Below are positions 8,724 to 18,846 of a stretch of DNA of 64,000 nucleotides, piece by piece. Below the pieces are notes generated by a model, which was given only the letters and a program-made list of their open reading frames with translations, was not told the DNA's origin and did no database searches. The DNA is from a bacterium (GTDB lineage Bacteria > UBA8248): NCBI GenBank assembly GCA_965199855.1, contig OZ241326.1:64001-128000 (forward strand). The letters run 5' to 3'. The position numbers and the translations under genes are program-made. Each line of letters opens with the position of its first letter. Within the stretch, counting starts at the first letter, position 1.

Positions 8724-9740
8724 TCATGCGTCCAGTTTGTAGAGCTTCTTCACGTTGCCGCAGAGCATTTTTTCCTGCTCCGCCTCGGAGAAACGCGAAA
8801 GGCCGGGAATCTCGCGCGCCGCGCCCAGATAGCCCATGTCGAAGGGATAGTCCGTGCCGTAGAGAATCCGATCCGCCCCCAGCGTGTTCACGGCGAACTC
8901 GAAGGAATCGGCGTTGTGGATGATGGCGTCGTAGTAGATTTTGCCGAAATACCGCTCGGGGTCCTTCGCGCCGTGAACCTTCGGCTCCTTGCGCTCTCCG
9001 TAGCCGTGCTGCCAGCGCCCGCGTATCCAGGGCGTGAAGCCGCCCACGTGCGAGACCAGAAACTTGACGTTCGGGAAGCGGTCGAACACGCCGCCGAAGA
9101 TCAGGCAGGCGATGGATATCGTGGTGTCGAGCGGGTTGCCGATGAAGTTTCTCAGGTAATAGTCCCTGAGCCTGTCGTTCACGCCCATGACGTCCACCGG
9201 ATGAATGAAAATCGGCGCGTCGTGCTCGCACGCCTTCGCCCAGACGACGTCGAGCGCCGGATCGTCGAGGTTTCGGCCCGCGACGTTCGAGCCGATCTGG
9301 CAGCCGAGGTGTCCGTTCCTCACCGCGCGGTCGAGTTCGGCCGCCGCGGCCTCGGGGTCCTGCAGCGGAATCTGCGCCATGCAGAGGAAGCGATCCGGAT
9401 GCTCCTTCGCGAGTGCTGTGAGCGCGTCGTTCAGCGACGCGGAGAGCTCCCGGTTCAGCCCCGCGTCGAGCGCGTAGTGGGTCATCGGGGGAACGACGGA
9501 GAGTATCTGCATGTCCACGTTCTGCTTGTTCGCCATGTCGCTCAGGCGCATCTCGACGTCGTAGGCTTCCTTCGGCAGGGGGTTCTTGTGAACGCGCTCC
9601 TCGCCCAGGACGGCGCTCTTCGTGACGAGTTGCTCCCACGGCTCGCCCGCCTCGATGGTGACGGCGTCGCCGAAGCGGCCTCGGCGGACGTCTTCGATGA
9701 AGCTCTCGGGGGCGATGTGGGCATGGGGGTCGATGATCAC
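8724..9740 (-). CDS. ACMSD-like amidohydrolase / metal-dependent decarboxylase (paralog 2)
   Basis: IDPHAH, FIHP, SHVGG and LYGTDYPFDMG motifs; closely similar to the neighbouring gene. Confidence 0.9.
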   Translation of the reverse strand: MIIDPHAHIAPESFIEDVRRGRFGDAVTIEAGEPWEQLVTKSAVLGEERVHKNPLPKEAYDVEMRLSDMANKQNVDMQILSVVPPMTHYALDAGLNRELSASLNDALTALAKEHPDRFLCMAQIPLQDPEAAAAELDRAVRNGHLGCQIGSNVAGRNLDDPALDVVWAKACEHDAPIFIHPVDVMGVNDRLRDYYLRNFIGNPLDTTISIACLIFGGVFDRFPNVKFLVSHVGGFTPWIRGRWQHGYGERKEPKVHGAKDPERYFGKIYYDAIIHNADSFEFAVNTLGADRILYGTDYPFDMGYLGAAREIPGLSRFSEAEQEKMLCGNVKKLYKLDA

Positions 9741-9865
9741 CGGGACTTCTCCTTGTCAGTTCGTGAGTGAGGAAAACTCGCTTTGAAGCGGAGGCTCGGA
9801 AATTTCGAGGAGCGATTATGCACGCTCAGGCTCCGACGCGCCAGAGGGCGAGGCCGCGCGCGGCG

Positions 9866-11107
9866 TCAGAACGCCCTGTCGATCACGATGCGCACGCCTC
9901 TCTCCCCCACCCGTACGGGACGCGGGAGGCGGCCTTCGAGATCGCCTGCGGCCGCGGGGCCCGCCGCGCCGTCCGCGTCCAGGCGCGCCGAGAGCGAAAC
10001 CATCCCCTCGAACGGAACGCCCGGAATCATGACGTCTCGCCCCGAAATCTCGAATCTGAGCGGAAAGCGGGGCCGCGCCACGCGCGCGACCGCCAGCGGG
10101 GGACCTCCCCCGGCCTTGCGCGCGATGAGAAACAGCGCGGGCTTGCCCTCGGCGCGCGCCCGCAGGGCGGGGGCGACCTCGATTACGCCCGAAACGGCTC
10201 CATCCGCCGCCGGCGCCCGGCGGGGCGCTCCGGCGGCCCTCGCATCCGCCTCCCGCGCCAGAACAATCTCGACGCCGCTCGCGCCCACGGCGACCGGCCC
10301 GCGCGCGCGGCCGAGAAGGTCGCCCGCCTGCGTCCCGACCTTTCCGTCGCCGTCGAGTCTGGCGGAGAGCCGCACCTCGCCCGAGAACGCCGCGCCCTGA
10401 AGCATCACGTCCCGCTCGCCCATGGCGAACTCCAGGGGAAAGCGGGGCTTCGGAATCCGCAGGACGGCCAGAGGCGGTCCCGGCCGCTCCCCCCGCGCGA
10501 TGATGAAAAGCGCCGCCTTGCCCCCGGCCCTCTCCTCCAGCGCGGGCGCCAGGCGAACCACGCCGCGAATCGTCCGTCCGCCCCCGGCCGGCGGCTTCGC
10601 CCGGCGGGGCGGGGCGGGCTTCGGAGAAGGCTTCTTCGCCGCGCGGGGCGGGGGGACGGTTCCGACCCCGTCGATCACCACGTCCACGTTTCTCGCGCCC
10701 ACCAAAACCGGACGGGAGGCGCTGCCCTCGAAGTCGCCCCTGACGAGGGGGCCGGGAACGCCGTCCGCGTCCAGGCGGGCGCGCACGCGCACGAGGCCGG
10801 AGAATTGCCGCCCCTGAATCATCACGTCGTCTTTCGTGACGACGTATCGGTAGGGAAACCGCGTCTCCACCAGCCGCTGCACGGCCAGCGGGGGTCCTCC
10901 TCCCTCCCGCTCCAGGATGATGAAGAGCGTCCGCGTGCGCCACGCCTGAACCGGCAGGTTCGCGCCCATGCGTATGACGCCGGAGACGGATTCCTTCGGC
11001 GGGCCGAACGCGGGCAGGAGATCGCAGCCGCCCAGCGCCAGAGAAAGGCCGAGCAACTCGAGGGCCGCGCAAGCGCCCCCGAACGCGCGCCTCGCCCGCC
11101 CTCTCAC
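9866..11107 (-). CDS. Lipoprotein with three tandem CycH/CcmI C-terminal (Ig-like) domains
   Basis: GTG at 11107 after GAGGGGG; lipobox LALGGC; three copies of LFIIAR..GPPLAV.R...RFP..F....DVMI.G..F.G.V.LSARLD.DG..GDL.G. Confidence 0.75.
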   Translation of the reverse strand: MRGRARRAFGGACAALELLGLSLALGGCDLLPAFGPPKESVSGVIRMGANLPVQAWRTRTLFIILEREGGGPPLAVQRLVETRFPYRYVVTKDDVMIQGRQFSGLVRVRARLDADGVPGPLVRGDFEGSASRPVLVGARNVDVVIDGVGTVPPPRAAKKPSPKPAPPRRAKPPAGGGRTIRGVVRLAPALEERAGGKAALFIIARGERPGPPLAVLRIPKPRFPLEFAMGERDVMLQGAAFSGEVRLSARLDGDGKVGTQAGDLLGRARGPVAVGASGVEIVLAREADARAAGAPRRAPAADGAVSGVIEVAPALRARAEGKPALFLIARKAGGGPPLAVARVARPRFPLRFEISGRDVMIPGVPFEGMVSLSARLDADGAAGPAAAGDLEGRLPRPVRVGERGVRIVIDRAF

Positions 11108-11544
11108 GACGAATGCCCCCTCAGAAAGGCTTCCACCTCGCCCGGGCGCGGAAGCCCCGCCCGGATTGCCGCCTCGACGTGATGGCCGCCCGGACGCAGG
11201 GAGCGGCCCGCGCGAAGGATGTCCTCCCGAACGTCCCCGGGCGCCAGAGAGCCCCCGCGCCGCCAGAGAATCATCCGCCCCCGCTTTCCTCCCGGTCTCC
11301 TTCGCGGTGCGCGACGACGAGGGCGAACCGGCTCGCGCGCGCCTCCCGCGTGAGAACGCCCCTCCATGTTCACGCCCTCGGTCTTCAGACTGCCGAGAGA
11401 AAACGCGCCCGCCTCCTCGTCGCCCCGGCGCGCCGTCTCCGGAATCGCGCTCCTGGCGCAGAAGGCGGGATGCTCCTTCACCACGCTGCACTGGTCCATG
11501 GAATGGAGGCCGACTCCCACGGCGTCGAACTTTTTCCGCGGCAT
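11104..11544 (-). pseudogene. Internally deleted PfkB-family sugar kinase remnant
   Basis: N-terminal KFDAVGVGLHSMDQCSVV, middle GDEEAGAFSLGSLKTEGVN and C-terminal RAGLPRPGEVEAFL fragments are PfkB-like, but the ORF is only about 146 codons. Confidence 0.55.
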
Positions 11545-11559
11545 GAAGGGGGCTTCCGC

Positions 11560-12312
11560 TCAGAGGAATTCGCGCAGGCGAACGCCTTCGGGGTCGGCGG
11601 CTTCGAGCGCGGCGCGCTCGGCGGAGGTGGGCTCCGGCGTGGCGGGGACGCGCTCCAGATCGCCCAGGTCGAACCCCGTGGCCGCGCGCAGGGCGTCCGG
11701 CGCCACGCCCTGGTGGATCGACGCCACCCGAAGGCGGCCTTCCTCCTTGCGAAAGACGCACAGGGGCGTCACCACCCCCGCCACGCCGCCGGAGGCGGTC
11801 GCGAAGTCGCATCGCTCGGGAAAGCTCCTCGCGTCGTGCGCCGTTCTCCAGAGCACCGTCCGCCGGGCCGTGGGCAGAACGTGCGCGCTGCCCGCCCCGC
11901 CCGGAAGGCGCACCCTGGGGGCGTCCGGCTCCCCGATGAAAGAGAGGTTCACGTCCCCTCGCGCGTCGATTTGCGCCCCGCCCAGGAACGCCAGGTCGAG
12001 CCCGCCCCGGGCGGAGAGGTCGAAAATCTCCATGAGGCTGAAGTAGGAAAGCGACCCCTCCATGAGCTGCCGCGCCGTCGTGGAGCGCGGAAGGAACGAG
12101 GGCCGCGGATTCACGCCGCCGGGGACGTTGAGATAGGTGAGGCTCGGCGCATGGGCTTTCCGCGCCATGGCGATGGCCGCCATCGGCAGGGCCGAGGCCA
12201 CGCCGTGAAACACGACCTCCCCGTCGCGGATGAACCTGGAGAGGAAAACCGCCATCCTGTCGGCGAGGGCGCGCGCCTCCCGGGACGCGCCTCGCTCCGG
12301 GGCGGCGATCAC
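11560..12312 (-). CDS. CoA transferase subunit B (GctB-like)
   Basis: FLGGAQIDARGDVNLS...RLPGGAGS; GTGA overlap with the upstream gene at 12309-12312. Confidence 0.85.
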   Translation of the reverse strand: MIAAPERGASREARALADRMAVFLSRFIRDGEVVFHGVASALPMAAIAMARKAHAPSLTYLNVPGGVNPRPSFLPRSTTARQLMEGSLSYFSLMEIFDLSARGGLDLAFLGGAQIDARGDVNLSFIGEPDAPRVRLPGGAGSAHVLPTARRTVLWRTAHDARSFPERCDFATASGGVAGVVTPLCVFRKEEGRLRVASIHQGVAPDALRAATGFDLGDLERVPATPEPTSAERAALEAADPEGVRLREFL

Positions 12313-13151
12313 GCGGTGCCCCCGGACGCCGCCGCGGCCCGCCCGCGGTCGCGCGCCTCCCAGAAATCCAGATGCGCCCGCGGGGATTCCGCCCGCGCCG
12401 CCGCGTCCACATACGCGCCCAGCGCGTTCTCGTCGATGTCGTAGAACGGATGGCATCCGCCGGGGCGCGCCCCTCCCGGGGCGTGGACGACCGCCCGCAC
12501 CATGAAGGCGGGAATCGCCGTTCGATCCGGCTTCTCGACGAAAAACGCGGTCTCCTCGATGCGCTCGGCCGTGAGAATCACCGCCTCGGCTGCCCTGGAC
12601 ATGAGCGCGTCCTCGAACGCGCCGCCCTCTATCCGCGCGTTTCCCTCCGCGTCGGCGTGCGTCACGTGGAGCGCGGCGAAGCGCGGCCTGATTCGGGGGA
12701 TCATATAGACCGGCGCGCCCGTGTAGGGGTCCCTCGCCCGCCGAAAGCCCGCGCGCGCCGCCGCGTCGCTTCCCTCCAGCCCCGCCGTGGGCTGGCTCGG
12801 CAGGCCGTAGGCGGAAGCCCTGAGGCCCGCGATGACCGTCGAGCAGGCGTGCTCGACCGCCTCCACGCGGCCCTCCTCCACGCCGCGCCTGTAGGAAGGC
12901 GCGAGGCCGAAGAGGTTCTCGAAGCCCACGTAGCCCGTCTGCGTTTGCGCCACGGCGCCCGCCGCGCAGAGCAAATCGACGTCGTAGGCGCCGGCCGTCT
13001 TCACGAGCCGAAGCTTCTTTCGCCCCTGGCGGGCGAGCTCCCGCGCGAAGGCGGCGGGAATCCGCGTGAGCGCGTTTCCGCCCAGAGCGAGCAAATCCCC
13101 GTTTCGCACGAGCGCCGCCGCTTCGGTGAGGGAGATGATTTTGCCCGCCAT
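12309..13151 (-). CDS. CoA transferase subunit A (GctA-like)
   Basis: KIISLTEAAALVRNGDLLALGG, ADAEGNARI and VVHAPGGARP motifs. Confidence 0.88.
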   Translation of the reverse strand: MAGKIISLTEAAALVRNGDLLALGGNALTRIPAAFARELARQGRKKLRLVKTAGAYDVDLLCAAGAVAQTQTGYVGFENLFGLAPSYRRGVEEGRVEAVEHACSTVIAGLRASAYGLPSQPTAGLEGSDAAARAGFRRARDPYTGAPVYMIPRIRPRFAALHVTHADAEGNARIEGGAFEDALMSRAAEAVILTAERIEETAFFVEKPDRTAIPAFMVRAVVHAPGGARPGGCHPFYDIDENALGAYVDAAARAESPRAHLDFWEARDRGRAAAASGGTA

Positions 13152-13277
13152 CGCGTTCTCCTCAAGGGGGCCATCCCGGCGCCCCGATTATCCCCCAGGC
13201 GCGCGAGCCTCTCAAGGCCGGCGCGCGGGCGTCCCCCGAGGCGCGCGCGCAAGCGCTTGATTTTTCTGAAAATTCCG

Positions 13278-13306
13278 TTGACAAGGCCGCGCGGATTCCC
13301 TAGTGT
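13278..13306 (+). promoter_or_regulatory. Putative sigma70 promoter of the scpAB operon
   Basis: TTGACA-17 nt-TAGTGT, preceded by an AT-rich tract. Confidence 0.6.
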
Positions 13307-13406
13307 GACGGGCGGCTTGACGGAGACGGAGAGCCTCCCCGCCCATGCGGGCTCCGTAGAATCACCCGAGGGCCGATGAACGCCCGCCCGACTCCGCCCA
13401 TTCGGG

Positions 13407-14318
13407 GTGCGCATGAATCCGCAGGAAAACCCCTCCGGCGCAGAAAACGGACGCGCGTCCGCGGACGCGACGAGGCTCGCCGATCCTCCCCCGGAAGGGG
13501 ACGCCTCCGCGGGCGATTCCGATAGTTGGGAAATCCCGGAAGCCGCGGCTGGGGCGGCCTCCGCCTCGGACGGCGACGACGCTTCCGGGCGCTTCGAGGT
13601 CAAAATCGACGTGTTCGAGGGGCCGCTCGAGCTCCTGCTCCATCTGGTGCGCGAGCACAGGCTGGACATTCACGACATCCCGGTGGCGTTCATCACCGAC
13701 CAGTATCTGAAATACGTGGAGCTCCTCAAGAAGCTGAACGTCGACCTGGCGTCCGAATACCTCGTCATGGCCTCCTGGCTGGTCTATCTCAAAAGCAGAA
13801 CCCTTCTGCCCCAAACCGAAGACGACGCGGAAGAGGAAGACCCCGAAGCGCTGAGAGAGGAGCTCCAGCGCCAGCTCATCGAATATCAGAAGTTCAAGAA
13901 AATCAGCCAGGCGCTTCGCTGCGCCGAGGAGGAGCAGTCCTGGATCTACGCACGAAGCGGCGGGGACGCCCCGACGGAGGAGGATGGGGAAGAAGAGGCG
14001 CCCAGGCTCCAGGCGACGGCGTTCGACCTCATCAGGGCGATGCGGCGCCTGCTCGAATCCATCGGGGAGGAAGGGATTCACCTCGTGGATATCGACGAGC
14101 TCGAGGTCGCCGACATGAGAGCCAGGCTGCTGGACGACCTCGAAGGCGCGGGCGAGGAGGGCGTCCTTTTCCACGCGCTGTTCCGGACGAGGCGCGCCCT
14201 TGAAGTGGTGGCCGTCTTCCTGGCGCTCCTCGAACTCGTCAAGGGAAATCTCGTGGTGGCGCGGCAGGCGTCCAGTTTCGGTGAAATTCGCATTATGAAG
14301 GCGGTGCGCGATGAATGA
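13407..14318 (+). CDS. scpA: Segregation and condensation protein A (SMC kleisin)
   Basis: FEGPLELLLHLV...ITDQYL...KSRTLLP...FLALLELVK. Confidence 0.95.
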   Translation: MRMNPQENPSGAENGRASADATRLADPPPEGDASAGDSDSWEIPEAAAGAASASDGDDASGRFEVKIDVFEGPLELLLHLVREHRLDIHDIPVAFITDQYLKYVELLKKLNVDLASEYLVMASWLVYLKSRTLLPQTEDDAEEEDPEALREELQRQLIEYQKFKKISQALRCAEEEQSWIYARSGGDAPTEEDGEEEAPRLQATAFDLIRAMRRLLESIGEEGIHLVDIDELEVADMRARLLDDLEGAGEEGVLFHALFRTRRALEVVAVFLALLELVKGNLVVARQASSFGEIRIMKAVRDE

Positions 14319-15261
14319 CCCCCGGCGGGAAGGCAGGGAAGCGGAGCGAATCGAATCCGACGCACCCTTTGAACTCGCGGAGGACGCGGCGGCGGCGCCC
14401 GACGCGTCGGCCAGGGCGCTGGCCGAGCATCAGATGGAGGCCATGGAGGAGCTTCGGGAGGAGACTCCCTTCGAGATCGAGGAGAGGCTCCCGGAGCTGG
14501 CCGAAGGCGCGGCCGAGGAGGAGGCCGAAGCGGGAGAAAGCGGCGCGGACGCGCCTCTCGTCATGGACCTGGACGAGGCCAAAAAGGCGATCGAATCCAT
14601 CCTGTTCCTCGCCAGCGAACCGCTCAGGCCCCGGGACATCTCGGCCATCTTCCGGGGCGTGGCCAACGTCAACGCCAAGGTCGTCCGCAAGCTGCTGGGC
14701 GAGCTGGCGGAGGAATATCGGGAGAGAACCCTGCAGATCGTCGAGGTGGCCGGGGGCTTCCGTCTGTGTACGCGCGCGGAGTTCTCCCCCTGGGTGAAGC
14801 GGTTCCTGAAGACGGAGAAAAAGGCCAGGCTCTCCCAAGCGGCACTCGAAGCCTTGGCCATCCTGGCCTACAAGCAACCCATCACCAAGGCGGAGGTTGA
14901 GGAGATCAGGCGGGTGGACTGCGGCGGCGTGCTGAACACCCTGCTCGAGCGCGGACTCATCCGCATCCTCGGCCGCCGGGACGTGGTGGGCCGGCCCATC
15001 GTCTATGGCACCACGCCCCTGTTCCTGGAGCATTTCGGCTTCAAGAGCCTCTCGGACATGCCGAACCCCGAGGAGTTCGAGGCGACCGAAGAGCTGGGCC
15101 GGGGGCCGCTGGAAGCCGCGGGAGCCATCCTCGCGCTGGAGGAGGGGCAGGCGCCGCCGCCGGAAAGCCGCGCGGACGAGCCGGCGGAGGCGGGCGACAT
15201 CCCCGCGGAAGCGGCCGCCGCCTCCGGGGACGGCGGGAAGCCGGCGGAGATCGCTCCCTGA
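14311..15261 (+). CDS. scpB: Segregation and condensation protein B
   Basis: LSQAALEALAILAYKQPITKAEVEEIRRV...GRPIVYGTTPLFLEHFG. Confidence 0.95.
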   Translation: MNDPRREGREAERIESDAPFELAEDAAAAPDASARALAEHQMEAMEELREETPFEIEERLPELAEGAAEEEAEAGESGADAPLVMDLDEAKKAIESILFLASEPLRPRDISAIFRGVANVNAKVVRKLLGELAEEYRERTLQIVEVAGGFRLCTRAEFSPWVKRFLKTEKKARLSQAALEALAILAYKQPITKAEVEEIRRVDCGGVLNTLLERGLIRILGRRDVVGRPIVYGTTPLFLEHFGFKSLSDMPNPEEFEATEELGRGPLEAAGAILALEEGQAPPPESRADEPAEAGDIPAEAAAASGDGGKPAEIAP

Positions 15262-15328
15262 CGAAGCGCCCGGAGCCTCGCCTCTCCGTAGCCGGCGGAG
15301 CCGCGCATTCTCCGAGAAGGAGCCGGGC

Positions 15329-16276
15329 GTGCGCTTCGGCGTCATGGGGACGGGCGGCGTGGGCGGCTACTTCGGCGCCATGCTCGCGCGAGGCGGCAAG
15401 GAGGTCGCCTTCATCGCGCGCGGAGCGCATCTTGCCGCCATGCGAAAAGAGGGCCTTCGCGTGGAGAGCGCGGCGCCCGGAGACTTCATCGCGCGCGAAG
15501 GCGCGCTGTTCACGGACTCCCCGGCGGAGGCGGGCCCGTGCGGCGTCATCCTCTACTGCGTGAAGACGACCGCCGATGAGACCGCCATTCCCGCCCTCGC
15601 GCCCATGGTCGGCGCGGGCAGCGTCATCATCAGCCTGCAAAACGGCGTGGACAGCGAGGAGAGGCTGGCGGCCGCCTACGGCGCGGAGCGGGTGATGGGC
15701 GGGGCGGCTTACATCTTCACCTCCATCGCGGCGCCGGGGCGCGTCCGGCAAATCGGCGGGCCGAGGCGGCTGGTCTTCGGCGAGCCTGCGGGCGGGACGA
15801 GCGGGCGCGGCGCGAGAATTCTCGCCGAATTCCGGGAGGCGGGAATCAACGCGGAGCTCTCCGGGGACATCCGGGCGGAGCTCTGGACGAAGTTCATCTT
15901 CATCTGCGCGGTGGGGGGCATGACGGCGCTCACGCGCTCTCCCATCGGGGAGCTCATGGCCTACGAGGGCGCGAGAAGCATGATGCGCGAGGCGATGCGC
16001 GAGGTCTTCCTCGTGGGCCGCGCCAGGGGCGTGAACCTTCCCGACGGCGCGGATGAGGATCGCTTCCGCTTTCTGGACGAGCAGAACCCGGCCAGCAAGG
16101 GCAGCCTGTGCCACGACCTGGAGGCGGGCAGGCGCCTCGAAATCGACGCGCTGTGCGGCGCGGTCTCCCGCATGGGGGCGGAGGCGGGCGTGAAGACGCC
16201 CCTGAACGACTTCCTCTTCCACGCGCTCAAGCTCGCCGACCTGCGAATCGCGGGCGAGGCGAGGCGCGCGCGATGA
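15329..16276 (+). CDS. panE: 2-dehydropantoate 2-reductase
   Basis: GTG at 15329 after an AAGGAG RBS; GTGGVGGYFG, SLQNG, WTKF and SLCHDLEAGRRLEID motifs. Confidence 0.9.
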   Translation: MRFGVMGTGGVGGYFGAMLARGGKEVAFIARGAHLAAMRKEGLRVESAAPGDFIAREGALFTDSPAEAGPCGVILYCVKTTADETAIPALAPMVGAGSVIISLQNGVDSEERLAAAYGAERVMGGAAYIFTSIAAPGRVRQIGGPRRLVFGEPAGGTSGRGARILAEFREAGINAELSGDIRAELWTKFIFICAVGGMTALTRSPIGELMAYEGARSMMREAMREVFLVGRARGVNLPDGADEDRFRFLDEQNPASKGSLCHDLEAGRRLEIDALCGAVSRMGAEAGVKTPLNDFLFHALKLADLRIAGEARRAR

Positions 16277-16349
16277 GCAAGCCGCCCGGCGCGAGGCGCG
16301 CGGCGGCCTCTCGCGTCCCCCGTTCGCCGGCCCGAGGAGAAGCCTTGCG

Positions 16350-16817
16350 ATGGCGCGAAGATACTGGCTGATGAAGAGCGAGCCGGACGCCTATTCGTTC
16401 GACGACCTCATGGCGGAGCGCGGCCGCACCGCCTGCTGGGACGGGGTGAGAAACTACCAGGCCAGAAACTTCATGATGGAGATGAAGGCGGGCGACGCCG
16501 TTCTCTTCTACCACTCGAACGCGAAGCCGCCCCACGTGGCGGGCGTCGCGCGGGTGGCGCGCGAGGCGTATCCCGATCACACCCAATACGACGAGAAGTC
16601 GAAATACTACGACCCGAAGTCTCCCGCCGACGCCCCCCGATGGCGCATGGTGGACGTGCAGGGGGTGGAGAAGCTCCCCCGGCCGGTTTCCCTCGACGAA
16701 CTGAAGGCCAACCCCCGGCTGGCCGGGATGCGCGTCATCCAGAAGGGACAGCGCCTGAGCGTCCAGCCCGTGAGCAAAAAGGAATTCGACGAAGTGCTGC
16801 GCATGGCCCGGCGATAG
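16350..16817 (+). CDS. EVE domain protein
   Basis: YWLMKSEP...WDGVRNYQARNF...FYHSN...RLSVQPV. Confidence 0.95.
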   Translation: MARRYWLMKSEPDAYSFDDLMAERGRTACWDGVRNYQARNFMMEMKAGDAVLFYHSNAKPPHVAGVARVAREAYPDHTQYDEKSKYYDPKSPADAPRWRMVDVQGVEKLPRPVSLDELKANPRLAGMRVIQKGQRLSVQPVSKKEFDEVLRMARR

Positions 16818-16838
16818 CTTCCTCCCGCCCCGGGCCGA

Positions 16839-17327
16839 TCAGGACGGGGAGGCGGGCCGCTCGACCGTCGCGCCGTGCAGGGCGCGCCTGAAATCCAGAG
16901 GGCGGGCGATGGACGGGAGATTGACGTCTCCCACGCCCATCCCCTTGCAGAGCACCTCCCCGTAGCCGAAGATTCGGCCGGCGACGCTCTGGCTCACGTT
17001 CACCTCCTCGATGCGGCTGAGCCTGATCTCTTCGGTATTCCTGGCTACCCAGCCGCGCTTATAGACCAGACGCCGGTTCGTGATCGCGATTTCGGTCGTC
17101 CACTTGCGGACCATCAGCGCGAGGAAGCCGAGAAAGCCCGCCGCGGCGACCGCCAGAAGCAGGAAGCCGAGGACGCTCGAAGGCGGAAACCCTCCCTGAA
17201 GGCCCGCGAAGCCGGCCGCCGCCCCGACGGCGAGCCGGAGGGCGGCGTTCAGGGTATAGAGCCAGTGAAATTTCCCGGAGCATACGACCTGCTCCCCTTC
17301 GGCGAGCGTCTGCTCCACGTATCCCAT
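16839..17327 (-). CDS. Membrane protein with a bacterial PH (bPH_2) domain
   Basis: YVEQTLAEGE, two TM helices and TTEIAITNRRLVYKRG...GRIFGYG. Confidence 0.85.
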   Translation of the reverse strand: MGYVEQTLAEGEQVVCSGKFHWLYTLNAALRLAVGAAAGFAGLQGGFPPSSVLGFLLLAVAAAGFLGFLALMVRKWTTEIAITNRRLVYKRGWVARNTEEIRLSRIEEVNVSQSVAGRIFGYGEVLCKGMGVGDVNLPSIARPLDFRRALHGATVERPASPS

Positions 17328-17418
17328 TTTCAGCCTTTCGCCTTCTCCGCCCGCGCCCTGCGGGGACGAGGCGCCGCGGCGCGCCCGCTCCGCCGAAAGC
17401 CCGCGGCCGCCCGGCCCG

Positions 17419-18846
17419 TCAGCTCGCCAGACGCTTCTTCATCGCCTCGAAATCCTCCTCGAAGAAGAAGGAATCCTCCCCGAACGCCGGCTTGAGGCCG
17501 GTGAGCCAGGTGGCGGACTCGTCGCACTCGGCGAAGAACAGACGCCCCATCCACTCGGGGTTTCTCGCCTGGAGGAAGTGAAGCGCGATGACGCGCTCGC
17601 CGCGAATCTCCTCGACGCCCAGCACCTGCACCTTGCCGGGGGCGGAGCTCATCACGGGGCCCCGCGCGGTTCGCCCGAGTCCCGAAACCTGGGCGATGGC
17701 CTTGCGGTAGATCGCGTGGGCGCGCGTCAGGGGCAGCTCGAAGTAGCGCTTCGCGCCCGTGTCCCTCTCCACGAACATGTAGTAGGGGATGAGGCCCAGG
17801 CGCACCTGCTCTTTCCACATGCGCGCCCACACGTCCGCGTCGTCGTTGATGTGTCTGAGGAGGGGCGCCTGCGTCCTGATGACGGCGCCGGTGTCCCGGA
17901 TTCTCCGAATCGCCTCGCGCACGATGGGGGTGTCGAGCTCCCGCCCGTGGTTGAAGTGCGACATGATGGCGATGTGCTTGCCCGCCTTTATCACCTTCTC
18001 GAAGAGGCGAAGCGCGTCGTCCGCGTCGGGGTCGGTGGTGAAGCGGTAGGGCCAGAAGGTGAGCGCCTTCGTGCCGATGCGGACGTCGCGGATGTGCTCG
18101 AGGCGCGGGTCCTCGGCGATGGGCAGGAGGTAGCTCTCCAGCGCCTTGGTCTTCATGATCATCGGGTCGCCGCCGGTGAAGAGGACGTCCGTCACCTCCG
18201 GGTGCTTGGCGAGATATTCGCGGAGAATGTCCCCGTCCGTCGAGATGAAGCGGAGCTCCTTGTCCCCCACGAACTGCGCCCAGCGGAAGCAGAACGTGCA
18301 GTAGGCGTGGCAGGTCTGCCCCTGGCCGGGGAAGAAGAGCACCGTCTCGTGGTATTTGTGCTGCATTCCCTCCAGGTGCTCGTCGTCCAGGGTGGGGACG
18401 TTCAGGGTCTGCTGTCCGGCGGGGTGGGGGTTCAGCCCCGCCCTGATCTCGTGGATGGCGGTGTCGAGCTCGCGCTTGGGCGCGTCGCGCTTCAGGAGGT
18501 CCGCCACGAGGTCGAAGTCCTCCTCCGCCAGCATCCCCGTCTGGGGAAAGGAGAGCTGGTAGATGGGGTCTTCGGGCACCTTGTCCCAATCGACGAGGTT
18601 CTCCAGCACGTAGCGGTTCGTGCGGAAGGGCAGCACGCTGCTCACCACCTTCATGTTGAAGCGCATCTCCTCGGAGAGGCTCTGCAGCTCGGGCGCGCTG
18701 TCGATGTGCTGGGCGATGATGGGCTTGTAGCGGGGAGGCTCCAGGGTGATGAGGTTGTCGGCGGCGGGCGCTCCGTTGCCGCCGTTGCGGGGCGTCTCCT
18801 CCGCCGCGCCCTGCGCGGAATGCTCCGTATTTCGGGACTGGTTCAT
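17419..18846 (-). CDS. KamA-family radical SAM aminomutase-like protein
   Basis: HKYHETVLFF, CHAYCTFC (CxxxCxxC), FTGGDP and PYYMFVERDTG motifs. Confidence 0.9.
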   Translation of the reverse strand: MNQSRNTEHSAQGAAEETPRNGGNGAPAADNLITLEPPRYKPIIAQHIDSAPELQSLSEEMRFNMKVVSSVLPFRTNRYVLENLVDWDKVPEDPIYQLSFPQTGMLAEEDFDLVADLLKRDAPKRELDTAIHEIRAGLNPHPAGQQTLNVPTLDDEHLEGMQHKYHETVLFFPGQGQTCHAYCTFCFRWAQFVGDKELRFISTDGDILREYLAKHPEVTDVLFTGGDPMIMKTKALESYLLPIAEDPRLEHIRDVRIGTKALTFWPYRFTTDPDADDALRLFEKVIKAGKHIAIMSHFNHGRELDTPIVREAIRRIRDTGAVIRTQAPLLRHINDDADVWARMWKEQVRLGLIPYYMFVERDTGAKRYFELPLTRAHAIYRKAIAQVSGLGRTARGPVMSSAPGKVQVLGVEEIRGERVIALHFLQARNPEWMGRLFFAECDESATWLTGLKPAFGEDSFFFEEDFEAMKKRLAS

